Shown here: positions 16,391-22,907 of the stretch, in pieces | Numbering within the stretch: position 1 is the stretch's first letter | How the letters are laid out: the number at the start of each line of letters is the position of its first letter | DNA from: a virus | Taxonomy: Duplodnaviria > Caudoviricetes | DNA length: 25,351 nt | IMG/VR virus record: IMGVR_UViG_3300020413_000072 | Span: 1 to 25,351 of that record | Reading direction: 5' to 3' (one strand) | Position numbers and translations under genes: made by a program | Notes under the pieces: generated by a model | Database searches by the model: none | What the model was told of the DNA's origin: nothing | What the model saw: the letters and a program-made list of their open reading frames with translations, nothing else

Positions 16391-17410
16391 ATGGCAATAT
16401 CAAAAATACCAAGTGCTGGATTTCAAGACAATGTTAAGTTCAGAAATATTTTGATTAATGGAGACCACTCTATTTTTCAAAGAGGAGATACTGCAACAGG
16501 AGTAACAGACCAAGTATATTCAGCACCTGATAGATGGAAAACTCAAGTATTTAGCACAGCAGTATTTACTATTTCTAAATCAACTGATGTACCTAGTGGT
16601 CAAGGTTTTGCAAGTTCTTGTAAATGGGATTGCACAACAGCTAACGCATCTCCAAGTGCAACAACTTTTATGACACATGAACAAAGAATAGAAGGTCAAA
16701 ATATACAATATTTAGAATATGGTACATCTAGTGCTAAAAGTTTAACAGCTTCATTCTGGGTTAAATCAAATAAAACAGGTGCTTATACAGTTGGGTTATA
16801 TTCAGCAGATGGTTCAAGACATATTGAAAGTTCATACACAATTTCAACAGCTAATACTTGGGAAAAGAAAATTATAACTTTTGCAGGAGATACTGCAGGA
16901 ACTATTAATAATGATAATGGAGAAGCATTAAGACTTTGGTTTAATCTTGGTTCAGGTTCAAATTGGTCAAGTGGAACTCATGCAACAACTTGGTCATCTT
17001 ATGCTCAAGGTGATGTTCTTGTTGATAATCAAGTCAACCTTGCAGATAGCACATCAAACGAATGGTACATTACAGGAGTACAATTAGAAGCAGGAACATC
17101 AGCATCTGATTTTGAGTTTTTGCCTGTTGATATTAATTTACAAAGGTGTCAGAGGTATTTTTATAGAACACCAGACACTAGAGAAGGTGGTGGAGATGCA
17201 TACATTTTTGGTGGTGCTTATGGTGCAAGTAGTGGAAGCGTTACAATTATACACCCAGTATCGCCAATGAGAGCTGAACCTAGTTATACTTATACTGCTA
17301 TAAGGACAACATCATCATTATCAAATTATATAAATAAATATGTATTTAATATTGTTATGGGTAACACCAGTCCTTATGTCTCTGGTATAAAAGTAGATGC
17401 GGAGTTATAA
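16391..17410 (+). CDS. Tail fibre / receptor-binding protein 2 (carbohydrate-binding-like beta-sandwich)
   Basis: RNILINGD...QRG...DRW...SFWVKS...TWEKK...ITGVQLEAG...FE...LQRCQRYF motif series typical of phage fibre domains. Confidence 0.75.
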   Translation: MAISKIPSAGFQDNVKFRNILINGDHSIFQRGDTATGVTDQVYSAPDRWKTQVFSTAVFTISKSTDVPSGQGFASSCKWDCTTANASPSATTFMTHEQRIEGQNIQYLEYGTSSAKSLTASFWVKSNKTGAYTVGLYSADGSRHIESSYTISTANTWEKKIITFAGDTAGTINNDNGEALRLWFNLGSGSNWSSGTHATTWSSYAQGDVLVDNQVNLADSTSNEWYITGVQLEAGTSASDFEFLPVDINLQRCQRYFYRTPDTREGGGDAYIFGGAYGASSGSVTIIHPVSPMRAEPSYTYTAIRTTSSLSNYINKYVFNIVMGNTSPYVSGIKVDAEL

Positions 17411-17412
17411 TT

Positions 17413-17616
17413 ATGATTAATAAAGAAAATATAAATTCAGTAACTTTAATATATGACACAGCAGTAGAACCTGCAGAAAAAAACTCTTATAAAGTTATTT
17501 TTGATACAGACAAATTTTGTTATGTACCACTAGCAGAAGACAACACAGATTACCAAGCAATACAAGAATGGATAGCAGATGGTGGAACAGTAATAGATAA
17601 TGGAGGTGGAGAGTAA
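17413..17616 (+). CDS. Fibre partner/assembly chaperone 2
   Basis: 67 aa, with the VPLAEDNTDYQAIQEWIADG motif typical of small proteins that follow this fibre type. Confidence 0.6.
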   Translation: MINKENINSVTLIYDTAVEPAEKNSYKVIFDTDKFCYVPLAEDNTDYQAIQEWIADGGTVIDNGGGE

Positions 17617-18443
17617 TGGCTTATTTGGGTCGTGGTTTAGATAAAATATCAAACATAGAGGTACTAGATAATATTACCTTTGATGGTTCTAGTTCTTATT
17701 CTATTAGAAAGGGTTCAGTAGCATTTACACCAAACTCTGCTCAATCATGCTTGATTAGTATTGATGGTGTGGTTCAAGCTACTAACTTTACAGTTTCAAG
17801 TTCTACAATAGACTTTGGCGTTGCTATACCAAGCACATCAACTTGTAATTTCTTTCTACATTATGGAACAGGAGTTATGACAATACCTAGTGATGGCTCT
17901 GTGACTACTGCTAAACTTGGAGATAACTCTGTTACTACTGCTAAGATTACTGATGATGCAGTAACAAAAGATAAATTGCTTTCACATAACTATCCTGCTT
18001 TTTATGCAAGGTTAGATGGCTCACAAACTGTTACAGATAATGCTGTCACAAAAGTAACTTTAAATGAAGAATATTTTGATACTGATAATTGTTTTGACCA
18101 CACAACTAATTATCGTTTTACACCTACTGTTGCTGGTAAATATTGTTTTTATGGTCAAATCTGGATGGATAGTGGTGTTGTTGCAAATAATTTACAACAA
18201 GCAAATATTTATATTTATAAAAATGGAGCAAATATAGCTGTGTCAAGAATTGATGCAAGAAATACATATACAGGAAGATTTAACACTAAAACTATTTCTT
18301 TTATTGCTTCTGCAAATGGAACTTCAGATTATTTTGAACTTTATGGACAAGTAAATAACACATCAGGAACACCAGCTTTTTACGCTACATCATCAAATGT
18401 CGAAGGTTATACATTTTTTGGCGCATACAGGATAGGAGATTAA
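17616..18443 (+). CDS. Tail fibre / receptor-binding protein 3 with C1q-like head
   Basis: MAYLG anchor and SVTTAK repeats, followed by PAFYA...FDTDNCFD...RFTPTVAGKYCF...YKNG...DYFELY...FFGAYRI, a C1q/TNF-like signature. Confidence 0.75.
   Translation: MAYLGRGLDKISNIEVLDNITFDGSSSYSIRKGSVAFTPNSAQSCLISIDGVVQATNFTVSSSTIDFGVAIPSTSTCNFFLHYGTGVMTIPSDGSVTTAKLGDNSVTTAKITDDAVTKDKLLSHNYPAFYARLDGSQTVTDNAVTKVTLNEEYFDTDNCFDHTTNYRFTPTVAGKYCFYGQIWMDSGVVANNLQQANIYIYKNGANIAVSRIDARNTYTGRFNTKTISFIASANGTSDYFELYGQVNNTSGTPAFYATSSNVEGYTFFGAYRIGD
17892..17978 (+). repeat. 30-bp (10-aa) tandem repeat, 3 degenerate copies, in the RBP3 shaft
   Basis: DGSVTTAKLG / DNSVTTAKIT / DDAVTKDKL. At DNA level, ctctgtgactactgctaa is followed by ctctgttactactgctaa. 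Confidence 0.8.
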
Positions 18444-18445
18444 TC

Positions 18446-18742
18446 ATGGCTAGTTTATCAAATAAAATAAGACAATATGTAAATGCAGAAGTAGATTTTA
18501 ATTCAGATGTATTGCTACAAAACGATAGTGATGGCAAAGGAGATTACATTAAAGAATGGAACTTAGATAATATTGCTAAACCTACTGACGCACAATTAGA
18601 CGCTTTAGAAACAGAAGCAAACGCTTATGAACAAGAATTAAAAGACGCTGAACAAACAGCAATTAACAAAAAAGCATCAGCTAAACAAAAGCTAAAAGAC
18701 TTAGGTTTAGATGATGAAGAACTAAAGAGTATGGGGTTATAA
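18446..18742 (+). CDS. Fibre partner 3 (XkdW-like)
   Basis: LQNDSDGKGDYIKEWNL...PTDAQL resembles XkdW-type partners. C-terminal KQKLKDLGL. Confidence 0.6.
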   Translation: MASLSNKIRQYVNAEVDFNSDVLLQNDSDGKGDYIKEWNLDNIAKPTDAQLDALETEANAYEQELKDAEQTAINKKASAKQKLKDLGLDDEELKSMGL

Positions 18743-18743
18743 T

Positions 18744-19205
18744 ATGTCTATTATTACATTATCAAAAAAAGCGTTGCCAAGTGGCAGTATAATTCAAGTT
18801 AAAAATTTACCTTTACAAACTGAAATAGCCACAACATCAACTTCTTTTATTGATGTAGGAACTTTAACAATCACACCAACAAATTCTAGTAATAAAATTT
18901 TTATTTTAAGTACACTTCATATATATCTTAATTATGCATCAGCTAATGCTTGGAGAGCTGTAAATCAAAATATAAAAAGAGATAGCACAGATATTTTTAC
19001 CGACCCATTATACGGATTGGCAGATTTAAGCACCAGCACTGACAGATTAATGGTAAGAGATACAGTACAATTCCTAGATACACCTAATACAATAAATCAA
19101 ATTACTTATAAATGCCAAATAAAAACTTCAGGTACAAATACAAATATTAATCATCCAGATTTTTCAGATGGTGGTGCATTTACTTTAATGGAGGTTCAAG
19201 CATAA
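18744..19205 (+). CDS. Receptor-binding protein 4 (head domain paralogous to RBP1, minimal N-terminus)
   Basis: GSIIQV...ITP...SNKIFI...QFLDTP...YKCQ...TLMEV aligns with the RBP1 C-terminal domain. Confidence 0.65.
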   Translation: MSIITLSKKALPSGSIIQVKNLPLQTEIATTSTSFIDVGTLTITPTNSSNKIFILSTLHIYLNYASANAWRAVNQNIKRDSTDIFTDPLYGLADLSTSTDRLMVRDTVQFLDTPNTINQITYKCQIKTSGTNTNINHPDFSDGGAFTLMEVQA

Positions 19206-19501
19206 TGATTATAGAAGCAATACTTAAAATAAATCCTAATGCAGAAGTAACTATAAAAGGTGATGATATTAATACTATTGAATGGCACAATGGAACAACA
19301 CCTATACCAGTAGCTGACATAGAAGCTAAGATGACAGAACTACAAGCAGAGTATGACGCTAACGAATATCAAAGAGATAGAGCAACTGCTTATCCATCAA
19401 TTCAAGAACAGTTAGATATGCAATACTGGGATAAGGTTAATGGTACTACTAACTGGAAAGATGCTATTGCTAAAGTTAAATTAGATAATCCTAAATCATA
19501 A
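19205..19501 (+). CDS. Fibre partner/assembly chaperone 4
   Basis: TAATG-coupled. Begins MIIEAILKINPNA and ends YQRDRATAYPSIQEQLDMQYWD...W...VK...PK. Confidence 0.6.
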   Translation: MIIEAILKINPNAEVTIKGDDINTIEWHNGTTPIPVADIEAKMTELQAEYDANEYQRDRATAYPSIQEQLDMQYWDKVNGTTNWKDAIAKVKLDNPKS

Positions 19502-19548
19502 TGAATGATAAAATTATTAAACCTACTAAAACATTGGAGAATTAATTT

Positions 19549-19977
19549 ATGGAAGAAATCAAACAACGAATTAAAGAACATGAGGGGTTTAGGGATACTG
19601 TGTATTCCGATAGTTTGGGTTTCGCTACTATTGGCTATGGTCATCTTGTATTACCCACTGATAACTTTGTTGAGGGTGTTACTTATGACAAAGAGAATCT
19701 TGAAGAAGTTTTTGATAATGATTTTAAAATAGCATCAGATTCAGCTAGAGAATTATTAAGAGATATAGAACATAATTATATTGTATTTGGTGTTATTGTT
19801 GAAATGTGTTTCCAATTAGGCAAACCAAGAGTAATGAAATTTAAGAAAATGTGGGAAGCATTAAAAGAAAAAAATCTTGCAAAAGCTAGTGTAGAAATGA
19901 TAGATAGTAATTGGCACAAACAAACCACAAAAAGATGTGAGAGTTTAGCTAGTATAATGAAAAACGCAAACAAATAG
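19549..19977 (+). CDS. Endolysin, T4-lysozyme-like (GH24)
   Basis: HEGFRDTVYSDSLGFATIGYGH contains the E-x8-D-x5-T triad. Also MCFQLG...FKKM...DSNWHKQT..R and a GGAG RBS. Confidence 0.9.
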   Translation: MEEIKQRIKEHEGFRDTVYSDSLGFATIGYGHLVLPTDNFVEGVTYDKENLEEVFDNDFKIASDSARELLRDIEHNYIVFGVIVEMCFQLGKPRVMKFKKMWEALKEKNLAKASVEMIDSNWHKQTTKRCESLASIMKNANK

Positions 19978-19986
19978 GAGAATATT

Positions 19987-20073
19987 ATGCCAATGGGAAA
20001 AGGAACATACGGAAGTAAAAGAGGAAGACCAGCAAAGAAGAAAACTAAAAAAGCTAAAAAGAAAAAAAAGTAA
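19987..20073 (+). CDS. 28-aa basic AT-hook peptide, not in ORF track
   Basis: AGGAG RBS at 19976-19980. Translates as MPMGKGTYGSKRGRPAKKKTKKAKKKKK* with a TAATG overlap to 20073. Confidence 0.8.
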   Translation: MPMGKGTYGSKRGRPAKKKTKKAKKKKK

Positions 20074-20264
20074 TGACTAAATCAGCTTTACAAAAAATAG
20101 AATCACACGAAAAACTTTGTCGTATAATGCAAAAGCTGACACATCAAAAAATTACTGTTATTGAAGAAAAAGTTCTTAGACTAGAAAAGATTTTATTAAT
20201 TTGCACAGGCTCATTAATTAGTGCTATGGGTTATGTGATTATGGTTTTAGTAGATAAGCTGTAG
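20073..20264 (+). CDS. Small coiled-coil protein with C-terminal TM helix (holin/antiholin- or XhlA-like)
   Basis: HEKLC...RLEK followed by the hydrophobic ILLICTGSLISAMGYVIMVLV, located near the endolysin. Confidence 0.6.
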   Translation: MTKSALQKIESHEKLCRIMQKLTHQKITVIEEKVLRLEKILLICTGSLISAMGYVIMVLVDKL

Positions 20265-20305
20265 GCTTTACAAAAAACAAAAAAGAAAGTACAAGCAATA
20301 ATTGT

Positions 20306-21004
20306 ATGAACAAGAGAATCCTAGTCATTAGTGACATGCATATTCCTTACCACCATAAAGATGCTATAAGCTTTTTAAAAGAAATAAAAAAAGAATTTAA
20401 ACCTGACACAATTGTTAATATTGGAGATAGCTTAGACTTCCATGCGATCTCAATGCACGATAGCAACCCTGATTTATATTCTGCTGGACATGAGTTAAAA
20501 GAGGCTAGAAAATATATTAAAGAATTAGAGGGTGTATTTCCAGAAGTTACAGAAGTAGATAGTAACCACTCTAGCCTAGTTTATAGACGAGCATTAAAAT
20601 ATGGAATGAGTAAAGAATTTTTAAGAGATTATGGAGATTTCTTAGGCACTAAAAAATGGAAGTGGATAGATGATTTAACACTTACTATGGGTAATGGACA
20701 AAGATGTTTTTTTACGCATGGTCGTAGTGCAGATGTATTAAAAACAAGTCAAGCTATGGGAATGAGTTGTGTTCAAGGCCATTATCATACAAAGTTTGTT
20801 ATTAGTTGGTGGGCGAACCCAGATAACCTATTTTTTGGAATGAACGTAGGTTGTTTAATTAACCAAAAAAGCATGGCATTTGCTTATGCTAAGAATTTCA
20901 AAACAAGGTTTATTATAGGTTGTGGAATTATCTTAAATGGAATACCCAGATTACTTCCTATGGTGCTTGACAATAAAGGTAATTGGATTAAGAAGATAGT
21001 ATGA
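20306..21004 (+). CDS. Calcineurin-like metallophosphoesterase
   Basis: ISDMH, IGDSLD, SNH, THG and GHYH motifs in canonical order. Confidence 0.9.
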   Translation: MNKRILVISDMHIPYHHKDAISFLKEIKKEFKPDTIVNIGDSLDFHAISMHDSNPDLYSAGHELKEARKYIKELEGVFPEVTEVDSNHSSLVYRRALKYGMSKEFLRDYGDFLGTKKWKWIDDLTLTMGNGQRCFFTHGRSADVLKTSQAMGMSCVQGHYHTKFVISWWANPDNLFFGMNVGCLINQKSMAFAYAKNFKTRFIIGCGIILNGIPRLLPMVLDNKGNWIKKIV

Positions 21005-21285
21005 CCTCAAATACATTAAAAAAGACCCTTTTAAAGAGCCATAGAGCCACGCAGAGTGATAGTTCTGCATTTTCTGAACAAGTGTCAGGAAATCACTACA
21101 AGAAGCTTAAAATACAGCCTTTAGAGTATTGCATGGCTAACGATTTAAATGCCTGTCAAACTCATGTTATAAAATATGTTTCAAGGTATGATAAAAAATG
21201 GAAAGATAAAAAAGATCAGATTAAAGATTTAAAAAAAGCAAAGCATGTAATTGATATGCAAATAGAATTATTGGAGAAAGAATAA
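21001..21285 (+). CDS. DUF3310-like protein (T7 gp1.7 / SaV-like nucleotide kinase family)
   Basis: QVSGNHY...IQP...VIKYVSRY..K...DLKKAKHVI pattern. Confidence 0.8.
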   Translation: MTSNTLKKTLLKSHRATQSDSSAFSEQVSGNHYKKLKIQPLEYCMANDLNACQTHVIKYVSRYDKKWKDKKDQIKDLKKAKHVIDMQIELLEKE

Positions 21286-21286
21286 A

Positions 21287-21664
21287 ATGTGGTTGAATTT
21301 ATTATCGTTGGGTGTAAAGACAGGTGCGAAGCTATACCAAAATAAACAACGAACAAAACAATTAATTTCTGATGCACAAATGCTTCATGCTGAGAAAATG
21401 AGCAAGGGTGAAATTGAGTATAAAGCAAAAGTTATTGAAAGTAATGACAATGGATTTAAAGATGAATTTGTCCTTATCCTTATATCTTTGCCTATCCTTA
21501 TATTGGGTTATTCTGTGTTCTCTGACGATTTGGAAATTCGTAATAAACTAGAATTATTTTTTGAGTATTTTAATCAGCTTCCTTATTGGTATCAAGCTAT
21601 TTTTATTGGTGTTGTATCTGCAATATATGGATTAAAGGGTGCTGACATTATGCGTAAGAAATAG
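21287..21664 (+). CDS. Putative holin (3TM/GTA-holin-like)
   Basis: Amphipathic N-terminus, FKDEF followed by two hydrophobic segments (VLILISLPILILGY and LPYWYQAIFIGVVSAIYG), and a basic C-terminus. Confidence 0.65.
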   Translation: MWLNLLSLGVKTGAKLYQNKQRTKQLISDAQMLHAEKMSKGEIEYKAKVIESNDNGFKDEFVLILISLPILILGYSVFSDDLEIRNKLELFFEYFNQLPYWYQAIFIGVVSAIYGLKGADIMRKK

Positions 21665-21670
21665 TATAGT
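21642..21670 (+). promoter_or_regulatory. Candidate sigma70 promoter for the 21677 ORF (leaderless)
   Basis: CTGACA-17 bp-TATAGT. The ATG begins 7 nt after the -10 element and no SD is present. Confidence 0.45.
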
Positions 21671-21676
21671 GTCCAA

Positions 21677-21922
21677 ATGGACAAATTAAAAGTTGATGCT
21701 GTAATTACAGATTTAGAATTACAATTAGAAACACATAACAGTCCTTATGGTAGTTATGTTTCCTTTAGATTTATAGACACTTATCCATACTTTACAAAAG
21801 TTAATGAAATGGTTGAAGAAGTTAAAAGAAGAAGTGATGTAGACTTAATAAATTACGAATACACTTTTAAAAAAATTCACAAAAATACAAATTTAAAACA
21901 TTTTGATGTAACTAGAAACTAG
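21677..21922 (+). CDS. Hypothetical protein
   Basis: 81-aa ORF, the last + strand gene. No family recognised. Confidence 0.7.
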   Translation: MDKLKVDAVITDLELQLETHNSPYGSYVSFRFIDTYPYFTKVNEMVEEVKRRSDVDLINYEYTFKKIHKNTNLKHFDVTRN

Positions 21923-21956
21923 GGCAGTTCCAAACCAGATTAAGAAACCACCCTAG
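21914..21956 (-). terminator. Putative intrinsic terminator between the convergent operons
   Basis: The minus strand reads CTAGGGTGGTTTC-12 nt-GGAACTGCCCTAG then TTTCT. The 13-bp stem relies on G-U pairs that form only in the minus-strand RNA. Confidence 0.55.
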
Positions 21957-21986
21957 CCAAACTATTCACTCTCGCTTATAGTTCTA

Positions 21987-22013
21987 TTTACTAACGCAAG
22001 GATTGTTAGTAAA
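21987..22013. repeat. Inverted repeat in the convergent intergenic region
   Basis: TTTACTAAC-9 nt-GTTAGTAAA, with perfect 9-bp arms. Confidence 0.6.
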
Positions 22014-22019
22014 ATTCAT

Positions 22020-22394
22020 TTATGATCTAGTCAATTTTTCTATTGCTAGATTGTTAATGGATTGTGTTTTTAAATTTTCACAATAACTATGACCATTCTT
22101 TGATTCTATTTTGTAATAAAGGTATAATTTTTTTTTATCTGAAAGTTCTTTTTTAACTTTCTTATACCTATCATCATTACTAGCTTTAGTTTTTGCTAAA
22201 GATACAGCCATAGTTTCATTAGTTATTTTTTCATTAACAACAAAATCAAATACTTCCTGAACTTGATCTTTTACTTCGTCATAATCTATTTCTGATCTAA
22301 TTAACCTTTTATCAAGGGCATCTAGATATGAAATAATCTTATATGGGTCAAAAGATTGTGGTCGTATTTGTATGTATTTTGGCTCTTCTGACAT
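22020..22394 (-). CDS. Hypothetical helical protein (possibly UvsY-like recombination mediator)
   Basis: 124-aa helical protein with A...A..DDRY pattern, TAATG-coupled to the SSB-like gene. The family call is weak. Confidence 0.45.
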   Translation of the reverse strand: MSEEPKYIQIRPQSFDPYKIISYLDALDKRLIRSEIDYDEVKDQVQEVFDFVVNEKITNETMAVSLAKTKASNDDRYKKVKKELSDKKKLYLYYKIESKNGHSYCENLKTQSINNLAIEKLTRS

Positions 22395-22873
22395 TAACCT
22401 AGTTCTTGTTCATACATATCAGGGTTAAAATCAGTTGCACCCTCTTTAGCCCAATCTATTTCATCATTTGGACTACTTGGCAACTTATCATCAGTAAGCT
22501 GTACACCTTGTTTTGCTTGTTGATAGCTTTGCTGTTGTTGAGGTTGAGGAGTATATCCTTGTTTATTAAATGGTTTAACCATGAAGTAAGTTATTTCTAA
22601 TTGCAAACCATTACTATATTGATTTGGTTCTCCTTGTGATACTTTAGCACCCCATTTTAAAAGATAGCCTGCTCTTACATATTCTTGAACAGGTGGAGAA
22701 TTTAACCAGCTTTGTATATCTGATAATTCAAACATATTCTTAGTTAGAGTACATTTAAATTTAGCTTTGTTAGATGATGCACTATATTCCATTTTTGGTG
22801 CTTTATTTCCTGTAGAAAACATGGTTAATGTTAAACCACAGAAATTTGATTGTTTTCCTTGTATTTGTGTCAT
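22394..22873 (-). CDS. Putative single-stranded DNA-binding protein
   Basis: Aromatic/basic beta-rich core, P/Q-rich linker (PQPQQQQSYQQ) and acidic tail (DEIDW...DFNPDMYEQELG), next to a nuclease. Confidence 0.45.
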   Translation of the reverse strand: MTQIQGKQSNFCGLTLTMFSTGNKAPKMEYSASSNKAKFKCTLTKNMFELSDIQSWLNSPPVQEYVRAGYLLKWGAKVSQGEPNQYSNGLQLEITYFMVKPFNKQGYTPQPQQQQSYQQAKQGVQLTDDKLPSSPNDEIDWAKEGATDFNPDMYEQELG

Positions 22874-22907
22874 TTTTTTTCCTTATTGTTTCATGTTTTT
22901 ATTTAGT

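Noticed and set aside
15354-19501. Diversity-generating retroelement or invertase shufflon as the cause of the repeats
   Set aside because: There is no reverse transcriptase or recombinase in the window. The repeats are direct, all cassettes are co-oriented, and mismatches are not confined to adenines of one copy.
19505-19732. 75-aa hydrophobic ORF overlapping the endolysin, a possible nested holin or spanin
   Set aside because: It is in the +1 frame of an AT-rich gene, where T-rich third positions automatically yield Leu/Ile/Val/Met. It has no SD and no lipobox. Not fully excluded, and conservation of the open frame in relatives would revive it.
260-21428. Minus-strand ORFs in the track (260, 3985, 4555, 8277, 8697, 10899, 11630, 12039, 14578, 14994, 19402, 19776, 21216)
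   Set aside because: They are antisense shadows of well-supported structural genes, with no recognisable motifs.
22406-22600. 64-aa + strand ORF
   Set aside because: It is antisense to the SSB-like gene in the minus-strand operon and has no supporting signals.
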